A stretch of 64,000 nucleotides of DNA from Octopus vulgaris (lineage: Eukaryota), in assembly GCA_951406725.2 (NCBI GenBank), contig OX597825.1:49538001-49602000 (forward strand), read 5' to 3'. The notes below the pieces were generated by a model. The model saw only the letters and a program-made list of their open reading frames with translations, was not told where the DNA came from and did no database searches. Position numbers and translations under genes: made by a program. Below are positions 15,361 through 27,339 of this stretch, piece after piece (position 1 is the stretch's first letter; the number at the start of each line of letters is the position of its first letter).

Positions 15361-16930
15361 ATATTTCGGATTGGTCATTTTGCCAGTTTAGCCAATAAAA
15401 ACACACGCACTATATATTTGGTGTTACTTTGCTTCAGTGTTATTTATATTTTACGTTAATCTTAATCTTATTTCGGCCAAAGTTCTTTCGTCACACTCCT
15501 GTGACCGCATCAGTGGTCCTTTGTTTTCTTCTTTCTTATTTGTGTCTCCCCTTACTAACCGTCAGACATTTTGTATTTCTATTGTATGTCTTCATTTGCG
15601 CATGCTTATATCTCTATGTGCGTCTATGTTTATTTAGTGTGTGTGTGGGGGGAATGCCTGTAATATTTGTATCTTCTGTTTATATACGGTCATGTAATTT
15701 GTTTTTGTTGTTGTTGTTTTTGTTTATTTTTATTTTGTTCATGTGTTTACATCCACTTATTATTATCATTACATATGCTTGTATGTATGTATGTATAACA
15801 ACAATACTAGTAATAATAATAATAAATAAATAAAAATTTTAATTAAACAAAAACAAACATACTTATATAGTTATTTATTTCTATTTGTTTATTTATCTGT
15901 GTATTTTATTTATTATGTTTTCGGTTTTGTTTATATTGTTACCAGTTTATTGGGATCTTCTGCCGTTATATGTTGTAGTGTGTGCTAGTGTTCCATTCTA
16001 GTTTCCTATTCAGGCTAGGTTTATTTTCTATTATGTGTGTAGCTTCTGTAATTTTTCTGATTGTTGCATCTGTTCTATGTGTGGACAATATTTTAATTTC
16101 TATGTTGATTGATCCCCCGTGTTCCTGTTCGGCGTGTTGGTATAGAATCGATGAACTTTTACCTTCCTTGAGTTCTCTCCAATGTCCATTTACCCGCTCT
16201 CTTATGCTTCTTGCCGTTTCCCCTACGTATGTCGTTGTCTTGTTACTGCATCGTCCTTCTATACATCTTATACTATAGACTACATTTCTGGCTTTACAGT
16301 TTGTTTGAGGGCCAAATCTACATACAGTACAGTACTTATCCATACAGCGGGTTTTACTAAAAGGATAGGTTCTACCGATTATAGATTTGATAGGGTTGCC
16401 TGGCTTTTCAACAACCTTAATCCTTAGCTTAAGTTTGTCTAGGGCCCTTCTAAAGCGGTACGCCACTTCACATCCAGGGGTGGTGTCAACGAACATTACA
16501 CTCTGGTATTTATGGCTATCATACCAAGAGTTGGCCTTCCCTATTTTCTTCTTTTACTAGTAATAATAATAATAAATAAAAAATAACTTTTAAATTAAAC
16601 AAAAAAACATACTTATATAGTTATTTATTTCTATATGATTATTCATCTGTGTATTTTATTTATTGTTTTCGGTTTTGTTTATATTGTAACCAGTTTATTG
16701 GGATCCTCTACCGTCATATGTTGTGGTGTGTGCTAGTGTTCCAATCTAGTTTCCTATTCAAGCTAGGTTTATTTTCTATTATGTGTGTAGCTTCTATAAT
16801 TTTTCTGATTGATGCATCTGTTCTATGTGTGGACAATATTTTAACACTGAAGCCTAGTAACACCAAATATATAGTGCGTGTGATTTTATTGGCCAAACTG
16901 GCAAAATGACCATTCCGAAGTATAACAATA
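15355..16930 (-). mobile_element. 5'-truncated Penelope-like element with pLTR-type direct repeat (~15806-16093 vs ~16555-16842) and inverted terminal segment (15355-15442 vs 16842-16930)
   Basis: GIY-YIG ORF plus the direct and inverted duplications read in the sequence. Confidence 0.85.
15966..16496 (-). CDS. PLE C-terminal GIY-YIG endonuclease region (partial ORF)
   Basis: C..C..C..C linker; NVVYSIRC..YVGETARSIRERVNGH; RKITEATHI..KPSLN. Confidence 0.85.
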   Translation of the reverse strand: MFVDTTPGCEVAYRFRRALDKLKLRIKVVEKPGNPIKSIIGRTYPFSKTRCMDKYCTVCRFGPQTNCKARNVVYSIRCIEGRCSNKTTTYVGETARSIRERVNGHWRELKEGKSSSILYQHAEQEHGGSINIEIKILSTHRTDATIRKITEATHIIENKPSLNRKLEWNTSTHYNI

Positions 16931-16984
16931 TCTGTTTCAACACACGACTTCACATAAAATATCTTGCACAACAAATATATAAAC

Positions 16985-17040
<56 letters not shown>

Positions 17041-17160
17041 ACAATCAAGGAACGGTCATAATAGGCCATTCACCCACTAGAAATAACAGCCAAAGCTTCA
17101 ACCGCAAATAAAAATTAATTCCGTAAACCAGGAGAAAATTTAAAAAACATTTACCCTGTA

Positions 17161-17267
17161 ATTTCTTATACGATATACCGTTTCATCTGCTGATTAATGG
17201 TAAACTAACCTGATTACATTAAATCAAGCCAATCTTCCAGAGGCCCTCAGATTCTTCAGTAAGAAAT
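17161..17267 (-). ncRNA. Type I hammerhead ribozyme, copy 1
   Basis: Minus strand: stem I ATTTCTTA/TAAGAAAT (8 bp, perfect); CTGAAGA; stem II ATCTG/CAGAT with ~58-nt loop; GAAA; stem III CGGTATATCG (near-palindrome); GTA triplet, cut predicted between 17169 and 17168. Confidence 0.9.
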
Positions 17268-17652
17268 AGCCCAAGTCGGAACAGATATTTTCACGAGGCA
17301 TTTCCGACCTTGCCAAGGTTATATCTGACCTAAAATTTTCAAATCGTCGCACTCGCGCCAAATTTATCGGCAGCAAATAAATATAAGCCGTTGATTCCAT
17401 TACGGAATTAACCAGAAAATTCATAATTAATCAATATAGGGTGGCAAAAAAAATTTTGTAGAATTCTTTTGCCACCAGCGGCCTAGTGGGAAAAAATTAA
17501 ATAGTCATAGACCATTTTTAAGTTCAACATCAACAATCAAGGAACGGCCATAATAGGCCATTCACCCACTAGAAATAACAGCCAAAGCTTCAACCGCAAA
17601 TAAAAATTAATTCCGTAAACCAGGAGAAAATTTTAAAAACATTTACCCTGTA

Positions 17653-17759
17653 ATTTCTTATACGATATACCGTTTCATCTGCTGATTAATGGTAAACTAA
17701 CCTGATTACATTAAATCAAGCCAATCTTCCAAAGGCCCTCAGATTCTTCAGTAAGAAAT
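17653..17759 (-). ncRNA. Type I hammerhead ribozyme, copy 2
   Basis: Same core and stems as copy 1, offset by 492; cut predicted between 17661 and 17660. Confidence 0.9.
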
Positions 17760-17998
17760 AGCCCAAGTCGGAACAGATATTTTCACGAGGCATTTCCGAC
17801 CTTGCCAAGGTTATATCTGACCTAAAATTTTCAAATCGTCGCACTCGCGCCAAATTTATCGGCAGCAAATAAATATAAGCCGTCGATTCCATTACGGAAT
17901 TAACCAGAAAATTCATAATTAATCAATATAGGGTGGCAAAAAAAAATTTGTAGAATTCTTTTGCCACCAGCAGCCTAGTGGGAAAAAATTAAATAGTC

Positions 17999-18880
17999 TT
18001 TGTCGGTCTACCTTCTGGCCTCTTGCCTGTTTGGTCTGCTTGAAGAATACGTCTTTAGGAGAGATACTTGATTGTTTCGATCATAACTCAACATTCATGA
18101 CCCTTTGTGAGGATAGGCACCACAGATAATTTAAAGATAACAAGTTTAGTTTTCTTCCAGATCTCCCCTCTTCTGAGAATCAAAAACCGCAGCTTCCTGG
18201 TATCGTGAATACAGACGCGAGATACTTAAACGTCTCCACTTGCCAGATTGATAGTCTACTAATATGCAGAGTGAACGGGAATGAATTTCTTGAGGGGTCC
18301 AAAATCTTGGCATTTACAACACATACTCTCAACCTCTGAAGCGACGCCATTCAGTCTATGCTGGAGATCATTTTCTCCTAAGGTAAGTAGGACAATATAG
18401 TATGCAAACATCAACTGGTCAATTCTACACCTGTTGATTGTAATATTCCTTCCACAGATGGGCATGTCAATCTAATTCATAACTGATTTGCAAAGGAGAG
18501 GTTATGATACGCGCAATTTCCGAAGCCCAACATCCACGCTTGAATGCTTTCACTTAGCATAGTTTATTCGAACACAAGAATCTTGTCATTCGTATAGGAC
18601 TTCACGGTGACCAGAAATGTTCCCTTAATCTCAAACTCCACTAAATCTCTGCACAGAATATCCCCTAGCACGTGACAATGTGTTTACAATGCAGGTGTGC
18701 GTCTCTTGGCAATATTATCTCAATTCCTCGAAAACTTGCCATAAAAGGAATATCTGATCGCTTGTACTGCGTCCATGATGGAACTCACATCGTTGTTCAG
18801 CAAGCTTAGGATCGACAGATTCCTTACATAATTTCCAGGCTCCCATCGCGGACTTTATCTGGGAGTGGGTAATCAACAAG
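17999..18880 (-). mobile_element. Degenerate RTE-type LINE RT fragment
   Basis: IVDPKLAEQ..FHHGRSTSDQIF; QLMFAYYIVLL..ENDLQ (FADD-like region); QVETFKYLAS. Confidence 0.7.
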
Positions 18881-18911
18881 TGGATTATTAAATACTTAAA
18901 TAAAATACAAA

Positions 18912-19300
18912 CAGGCGTGGCTGCTGCGTAAAAAGTTTATTTCCCAACCACATCATTCCGGGTTCAATCCCACTGCGTGGCACCTTGGGCGAGTATCTTC
19001 TACTATAGCTTCGACCAAAGCATTGTGAGTGGATTTGGTATACAGAAACTGAAAGAATCCCGTCGTATATATGTATATGTATGTGTGTGTCTGCTTTTGT
19101 TCCCCCAGCATCGCTTGACAACCGATGTTGATGTGTTTACGTCCCCGTAAATAGCGGGTCGGCAAAAGAGACCGACAGAATAAGTACTAGGCTTAGAAAG
19201 AATAATTTCTGGGGTCAGTTTGTTCGTCTAAGGGCGGTGCTCCAGCATGGCCTGGCCACAATCAAATGACTGAAACAAGTTAAAGAATAAAATGAATAAA
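18912..19300 (+). mobile_element. tRNA-derived SINE family A (octopus-type), near full length
   Basis: A-box-like GGCGTGGCTG.., B-box GGTTCAATCCC, internal microsatellite, tail AAATGACTGAAACAAG; homologous to 31089-31545. Confidence 0.85.
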
Positions 19301-20049
19301 AGAATTGGTTAAAGATTTATATTCACCTTTTATATTATAGTTTAAATTATGTTCCTACTACACGTTAAATTCAAAGTTAAGCTTGCATTAAAAAAAAAGG
19401 GACCCACTATTTGATTACAAAGTTTTGAATTCTTTGTGGTTTTATTAATATAAAATTATCGCAGCCTCTAGATGCACCCTGATAGTAATTCTACTGAAGA
19501 AATAAATGAGAATATTTTCATTTATTTGTAGTTGGAAAATATTATAAATATTAACATTATAAATAATATTTAAATGATGTAATTGATTAAAATTTTTTCT
19601 GGTTGTTGTCAACTATGAGATTACCACGTATAATCACATTTCAATAGACTTCAGACAGAATATCAAACTTATCTCTAAATTACTCACAAATGTATAAACA
19701 ACGTGAATGAGATTTTTTTCCCTGTGAAATAACGTGAGAAATACATTGAAATATTACTTCTTTGTTGTACCTTCTTTCAAAATACCTCCATTTTCGAATG
19801 TTCTACGAGATAAATTAATATCATATAATATAAAATTCAGTAGACTGTAGTTTGTGGTGAATATATATATATATATATCCCTTATACGAATAGATAATTA
19901 CACGTTCTTCCCTGTAAATATAATTTAATGTTCTAAAAGCATCGTAAATATCTAAAAGAACAAGATTGTGTACATTACGCACAAGCCAATGTTTATATAA
20001 TCTGTCTTTAACAAGGCCAAAAACCCAAAACAGAAAGAACAGATAAAAA

Positions 20050-22690
20050 GAAAATATTCTATATTTTTCAAGAAATAATGTATTGTAGTCCAAATAAGCA
20101 AACGCTTATTTACAACTGAGTGGTCCAGCACTAATTCAGATTTATTTTAAAGACATGATCATGTAAATGTTAGCCTTGTATCAGTTGAAAACGAGTTCTT
20201 TCATGGACAGTGGTTTCGTAGATGAGGTTGGGTTGAAGAATAGAAACAGATGTTAAGGATTATCAGAGGAGTGATAAACATATGTGAATTCTAAAGTAGA
20301 GTGAAAGGAGATACAAAAGGATTTGATAAGTTAAAGGGTAAGATAGGTAATATAGAAACGAATTTTTCTTATTCGAGGGAGCCTAAAAAAATCTGGGCTC
20401 CAAAATATTGCAGCTGTCGAGAAATTGTTTAAGTTTTAAAACGTCATTAATATGTAGTCAGAGTTGTAGTTGCACAGGGGACATATAGGGTTAGTAGAGA
20501 CCAGAAGTTTGGTAGAATGAAATACTTGGGGGAAATATTCTTTAAACTAGTGGATTGCTTCATTGGTAAACAGGGATGGGGGAAAGAAGGCAACTAATTT
20601 TGATGTAATTAGGCCAATGTGGGTGCAATGGTTCTTCCGAGGCAGATAGAAATGGTTAGTTTGTATCTGGCTAGTTGCCAATATTGCGCTTGTAATTTTT
20701 TAAAGGTAGATTGTAGAAATATACGGAGTGTCGTCAATGTGGTTGGGCACGGAAAAGGGGGAGATGAGTTTCTAAATGAGTGGGGAAGAGTTGATGATTG
20801 TAGAGCATTGGATCAAAAGATAATTTGCCGAAGAAAAGAGGAGTGAATATGTTCGTTAATACAGTTTTGTTCTTAGAAAATTCTTCGAATATTCCCAGCC
20901 CCCAACTACATTTTATTTGTTAACGACGTCAATTATCTAGAAGAAATATTGTCATACACGTAGCTACTTCTGTCCGTTCATGTGGAAAATGCCACTCATT
21001 TTCAAGTATTTCTGTACCAATTAAATGTTGACAATATAGGGGAATCACTTTTTTGTGTTTACTACACAACTATGTCATGTATTTTTGAAATAGACATGCT
21101 ACACATACACACACATGCATAAATGCACACATTCATAGCATTCATAAAATATTACTTATGATGGCATAGGATAATACACTTAGTACTTACTGTTTCAACT
21201 CCAAATAGAGCTGCAAATAAAAAAAATCAGGAATGTTATAGATACCTAATAAAGATTGGATGGAGGCATTGTTTCATTCGGGCAGGTATGTATATGTATA
21301 GCGAAACATTGAGTTAGATTTTTATATTTGCATATTTAAACTTAAGGGTAGGATTGTTACAGAAGTTTAGATCATAAAAGGGCGATAAAAGATAAGTTGT
21401 GGGATGTTCATACTAGTTATATATGCTATTATTCTTCCGTAACACTTACTTATACGTTAAGTTCGAATTATTAGTATTAGTTAAAGTAGATCCTCCTAGG
21501 CACAATCCAAAGGGAGAAGAAAGAAGGTGTTTCCAGTAAAGAGGCGCAAGTTGTGCATTTCCTTGTAAATGATACGCAACAGCTTTATAGCTGCAATTCC
21601 GTTATCGGGGGAAGAATGAAAAACTCCCAGTAAGAAATAATGATATACTAGTAGAAGTGAGATTAAAAGAACGACTGAGAAAATAATTTCAAAATGTGAA
21701 GATAGATAGAAACTAACAAATATGACAAGGTATAGATATATTAAGTTCAATATTTAGAGGGAGATATATAGAAAGAAATGGCCTATGCCAACAAGGATAG
21801 GAAGTTGGTGTGATAAGTTGTATGGGGTAAAGAAGAAAATGTGTAGAATGGCAGTAGCATACGCGACAAGTTAATTAGAATTATCAGTTAACAAGACTAG
21901 AAACCAGGAAGTGGGATATTATGTGAAGAGAGGAGTTTAAACTTTAGGATGAGGGATGAGGGATACAGATAAAATGTACCTATTAGCTTCTCGCTGTGTG
22001 GTATAGTGGTCAATGCAATTTATGTGGGAAGGAAATGGTTATCATGTAGAGAAGGGGAAAAGCAAGACGATTGAGAGGTGGGACTCAATTTTATAATTTT
22101 ATAAGCTATATGAGGCATAATAAGTGCAGAAACAATGCTTTACATGTATGCGTTAGTTAATAGCTCCCAGAATAAAGAATTTATTGTAATTGTAAGCGAT
22201 TAATATTTCAAATCGTAACTTCAATGAAAAGTATATATATGGTTAAAAATGGGCATGGAGTAGCATAGGAGTAAACAAAAGGATCTCAAAAATTGTACAT
22301 TAGCTGCAAATATAAGTAAGTTGTTGTTAGAATATAGTATGTGGTTGCTAGACGATAATATTAAGTTAAATCGTAACGGAATTACGAGGGGAATGTGGTG
22401 TGAACTGAAAAATTATGGAATGTGAGTTTAGAAGAGGAAAAGTAAATAAGGATTTTAGAAAATAATGTAGAATTATAATCATAGTAAAAGACAGGGGACA
22501 CGGTGGTGCACTAGGGATTAAATTGAATCAGGTTAAATTAAATAAGGATATAATGTATTTCTAATTAATGTCGGCGAGAATTGTGTGCAGAGTTTCAAAG
22601 CGGTACATTTAGATTTGTGATAAAATTGAAACGATGTTAAGATTTGGGGAAATAATTAGCAAACGCTTTATTTTGTGAGCTCAGCAATTG
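20050..22690 (-). mobile_element. Highly degenerate I-group LINE (post-RT, RNase H-like and C-terminal Cys motif)
   Basis: LLGVFHSSP (like LGAFRTSP), ..NALQS, PICPLCN near the 3' end; many stops. Confidence 0.45.
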
Positions 22691-23199
22691 CACTGGATTA
22701 TATAAAATGAACCCCACAAACCGAAAAAAAAACCGAAAAGGAATCACAAAAGTACATCCTGTCCACATAAACACACACCAAACAAACATAAAAAAAACTA
22801 CCAACAACTGCCACAGACACGCCTACAGCATCACCAACCTTTCCACAATCACAATCATAAACTGCTCCAGCAAAACTACGCCAACTGCAACAGCGGATTA
22901 AAAGAAAGCACTCCCAGCAGTAACAGCCAACCACAGAAACATTAAACTTCCTGCTAGTTAGGAGGGCAAATAAACAATTGATGAACCGCTTAGCGCAATA
23001 GAAGGATGTTGGGAAAGAGGGTGTGATCTTTTAGCACCAGTACCTTTCAAATGCCAGGAACACTGGTGTTTGTACGAATGCCTATACAGACATATAAACT
23101 CGTTAAGGAGAGCTTCCTCCAAGACGTGGGAGCCCTTATTGTAAAATCCAGGAGTAGGCTTTGAAAGGGGTTCCAGAGGATCCACAACAACTCATGGAC

Positions 23200-24070
23200 A
23201 TTGATACACCTGACCTCCAACGACACTCTTTTGTGTCATCTCCAAACTTTCTGCGGTCGTCATACTGTGTTTAAGAGTAGTTAGTATAAATGTTCGTCTT
23301 TATGGACGAGCACGGTATCTGGTCGTCTCACCTCTATGATTTGGTTGCATTCCATCTTAAAATCCCAGAGTATTTTGTAATGTTCGGTTTCTATTACTCC
23401 CTATGAATTATGTTTACTTAACCGCAAAACAGCCAGTGGAAATATCTGGCTACATTGTCGTTTTTCCTTTTGTGTTCGCGCTGTGAGAGCTTACATGACT
23501 CACTAATAATATGGCGTATGCTTTCGGCCTTCTCTGAGCACATCCTACACCGTGGCGGGTCAGTGCTTTTATCAATGTGATATTTGGAGCAGTTTGTTCT
23601 AAGAGCTTGTTTTTGAGCGTTGCAAACTAATGCTTCGGTGGGCCCTCCTAAGTCTCCTTTCTACAGCCATTGCCAGATTCTATCCCAATCAACATCATCT
23701 TTATTCTTCAAGAATTGACTGTGCCTTTTCTTGTACTGCCACATTTTCTTTATCTGCTCTCTCTGGTCTTTCTTAAATTGTGCTGGATCTACGGCTATGT
23801 ACACTTTTAAGGTTCCCTGCATTTTCTCTGCTTCAATCACTTCTTTTTACTCCCCTCGTCATACCATGCCAGGGTATTCTCCCCTTCCCTTACACAACAT
23901 TCACAGCACACCAATCTCCGCCCTCCTAGTTGTTATTGTTGCTCTTGTTTTGTTGGGGCATCTGGAGTTTTGCATGAGTATCGGGCTTATTACCTGCAGC
24001 CTACGGTACATGCTATTCGTTCTTTTCAGCTATCTAATACTTTCCTGAATATTCTGTCCGTGCCAAGGAG
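23200..24070 (-). mobile_element. R4/Dong-like non-LTR fragment (post-RT + CCHC)
   Basis: HSQF..WQWL.KGDLGGPTEALVCNAQKQALRTN..CRMC..ESIRHIIS. Confidence 0.75.
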
Positions 24071-24189
24071 GCAAAACGTTTGTAAAAAAAAACTGAAAAT
24101 TATTTAAGAATGATCCCTGACTTACCATTCATGCAGGAAGTGCAAAAGATTGCCTCGACTAGTAAGTCACACATACTAAGAGACTTGTC

Positions 24190-24402
24190 GCTCTGAATTT
24201 TCTTTCCTTTTCCCCCCTTTTTCTCTGTGTTTACTTTTTTATTTTCCATTTTCTGCCACACCTTTTCGATTTCGATTAGCAAAACTATATATTTTCTGAG
24301 CTTATCAATTTCTTTTGCAAATATATTATTGACAGAAGGTATGCTCACGTCAATCAATAAACAAACTCTACTGGTTTGGTTCTTCACAAAAATATCTGGT
24401 TC
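24190..24402 (-). mobile_element. R4/Dong-like restriction-like endonuclease fragment next to (TAA)n
   Basis: CLLIDVSIPSVNNIFAKEIDKLRKY..LIEIEKVW. Confidence 0.7.
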
Positions 24403-24496
24403 ATAATAATAATAATAATAATAATTATTATTATTATTATAATAATAATAATAATAATAATAACAATAATAATAATAATGATAATAATAATATTAC

Positions 24497-24556
<60 letters not shown>
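24403..24556. repeat. (AAT)n/(ATT)n microsatellite with alternating orientation
   Basis: direct reading: AAT, ATT, AAT and ATT blocks in succession. Confidence 0.95.
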
Positions 24557-24719
24557 GCAATAAAAGAAGAGTGCCATTGTTATCAAGTGAACGATATTTT
24601 GACATCTCGAGTGTCTTCCTCAGGTTCAAAAAATAAACTTGTCAATCTACTTCAAATTTAGAGGATTCTTGTAACTCCTCCAGAATAAGAGAGACAGATA
24701 CTGTCAGATCATTTATGTA

Positions 24720-25062
24720 GCCATAACAAATAACATGAATTTTGTGACGTTGAAAGAATCACCAAGTACTCCGAATTGAAAGTGGAAATGGCAACACTGA
24801 ATGGAATGCGAAAGGGTAATGTAAAATTGATACCAGTGGTGATCGGAGCGCTTGGCTCAATCCTATTAAAACTTCAAATTTTATTAAGCCAACTGGAAAT
24901 CCCATGCATGATAGATGTCTTGCAAAAAGCAGCCTTATTGAACACAGCTCACATTTTAAGGACAGTATTATCCGCCTGATGTCCTTGTTGTGACTTAACA
25001 AATGACTAAAGTCTCCGTTGTATTTTTACCTATATTGTGTTACGAAGGAATAATAACAACAA

Positions 25063-25096
<34 letters not shown>

Positions 25097-25135
25097 AGTA
25101 ATAATAATAATAATAATAATAACTAATAATAATAA
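24720..25135 (+). mobile_element. R4/Dong-like element 3' end with (AAC)n(AAT)n tail
   Basis: KYSELKVEMA..LIPVVIGALG..LQKAALLNTAHILRTVL* then a short UTR and AAC/AAT repeats. Confidence 0.8.
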
Positions 25136-25339
25136 ATAAACCGCCGTAGAGGGACCATTATCGAATTTTAGGCCCCATTATCAACTTTTATTGAAATCCA
25201 ATTAGCCAATGATTGAACTAGATAGTAGTTTAACATGTATGCAGAGTTTTGTGAAGATTGGTTCTCTGGTGTAGGCTGCAAGATGGTAAGAGACAAACTG
25301 AAATTGCTATTTATACGTAAGATGTATGTATATGTGTGT

Positions 25340-25505
25340 GTCTTTGGGTCCCTGTAACTTTGTGGTTTTGAAAAATAACCTATACAATAAGTACCAGGCT
25401 TAACAAATAAGTTCTGCAGTCGATTTGATCTTGACTACAAAGTCCGTCAACGCGGTACCCCAACATACTGCAGTGAAAATGACTGAACGAAGTAAAAGAT
25501 AAAAG
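25340..25505 (+). mobile_element. SINE family A 3' fragment
   Basis: AATAAGTACCAGGCTT..GTCGATTTG..AAATGACTGAA. Confidence 0.6.
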
Positions 25506-26298
25506 ACTGTCACCGTTTTGTTCGATTGTACAATCCAAGGTAATCAATCATAATACAATGTAGGCCGTTAATATCCTTAAGCGTGTTTATACTTCCTACT
25601 TCATCCCTTTTGCCAGAAAGTTGTTGAACATATCGATCGGAAGAGGTTATTAGCTTCCAGTTTTCTCAGAAAAAAATATTCTCATGCCAGGATTAATTTT
25701 TTTATCCTGGAGATAAATGTCGAGAGGTTCTTTTAGAAGAAATTAGTTCATTCGAGAATTTTATATATCTGATCATTGAATTTGTTGTCATAGAAGAAGG
25801 TCCGCTATCTCATCTTCATCTGATCTTGTCTCTAGACTAATCATTCTATTTTCTGCTCAGTTCCTCTCTTCTCTTTAACAATTTATAATTTTAAACACTG
25901 CTAGACGACTCGCATTTGCCGACCCTCTCTTCAAATGGGAAACCTGACTTACTGGAGTATGTGTAAACTTGTCACTGGTCGAACACCTATGGCATTTAGC
26001 AGACATCAACTGCAAATTGTGGTTATTACATAACACTTAGATGTTTGAAACAGCTGTTCAAATGAGACATTCCATATTTTTTCTGTATATATTTTTCTTT
26101 ATTCTTTAGAGTGTAATCTGTGGTTCACGTAAATATGTGTACAAACATAATTTCCTTTTTCTGCCTCTCTCAATTTCTCACTCTCCTCTCTCTGTATCTA
26201 TAAACACACACATATACACGTAAATATATGCATCTCCGTTACGATATTTCTCCGCATCACTCTCTCTCCCCTTCCTCTCTCCCTCTCTCTCTCTCTCT

Positions 26299-26339
<41 letters not shown>

Positions 26340-26513
26340 AGTGCAACTCTGATAACGGACAGAGTCAACGACTATTGAAGAGGTTGCAAGACACAACGAA
26401 CATTTTTAGAATATATAGATAAGAAAATGAACGGAAATCGAACCAGTGAATGTGTTAAATAGTACGCCAATAAAAGAGAATAGCTCTCCCCAGACAAATA
26501 ATATATAAATATG

Positions 26514-26601
<88 letters not shown>

Positions 26602-27339
26602 TAACCATGCGCGTGCACGCACACATAAACACATAAACACAAGCATCTACAGGTTGAGCTTTCCTGTTATATACAACAGACTAGCTATTTTGACCAGTGA
26701 TTCGCTCGGGTTTTGGTGGTGGTGTTGTTTTGTGCGTGTTGTCTCCTTCTCCCTTTCTTCTTTTGTTCGTCTCCTTTGCCTGGTTCTTTTTATTGCCCTC
26801 TTCTTTGCCCCCCCCCTTTCCAAACTCCCCCAAATTTTTACATCCACAATTAAAGATAACCGATTCTAGCACCTGCAGCAACACGAAAAGCCACAATTTT
26901 TCAAACAGCGCAACGTGTCTATCCCATAAAACTCAATTTTTTCCATATTCCTCACCATAGTAACCAAACGGTAGCCCCAAGCGACTTGCAGCCCTCCTCA
27001 CACAATTGCCCACCCCGTTTTATCCCCCAGTGTACATTTTTGCGCCAATCCAACCCCATCTACCGCCCCTGAAACCTTTCCCATCCCAAATTGAGACAAA
27101 TAACCAAGAAATCAAACAACTTTTTCACATTTCAGCTTTATAGATATTGAGAAGGTTAGTGCAATTTCTTACTTAACAACCTGCACCGATGAATTCCTTA
27201 AATTGATGAAATGTTTGTCCTATACATTAAAGTCTCTATCTCAATGAGATCGATATTGACTGCAAGGGGCGTATGGTATGCCACACGCCAGATGTCGAAT
27301 GGATTTCAGAGCGACATGAAATGGGATGTTTTCCCTTGT

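Larger units (their letters stand above)
17038..17998 (-). mobile_element. 492-bp tandem repeat (~1.95 copies, nearly identical), one hammerhead per unit; retrozyme-like or pLTR-derived non-autonomous element
   Basis: Units start at 17038 and 17530; HHRs at the same 492-bp offset; the left end abuts a (TA)n tract. Confidence 0.88.

Noticed and set aside
17275-17327. Crossing helices GTCGGAA/TTCCGAC and CAGATAT/ATATCTG suggesting an HDV-like ribozyme or pseudoknot
   Set aside because: No P1.1 GG/CC pair or J4/2 catalytic motif, and the homolog at ~15145-15200 keeps only the hairpin
17224-17916. Duplicated 66-aa minus-strand ORFs in the 492-bp repeat
   Set aside because: No recognisable motif, overlaps the ribozyme, and not evidently conserved in the diverged homolog
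17038-17998. CRISPR array or LTR pair interpretation of the tandem repeat
   Set aside because: No short repeat-spacer pattern; the units are directly adjacent with no internal region, PBS or TG..CA ends
26370-26420. TTGAAGAG-GTTG..CAAC-GAAC hammerhead-like string
   Set aside because: Two core defects and no convincing stems I and III
27185-27225. CCGATGA..GAAATGTTTGTC hammerhead-like string
   Set aside because: Core substitution plus unpaired stems I and III; at best a decayed remnant
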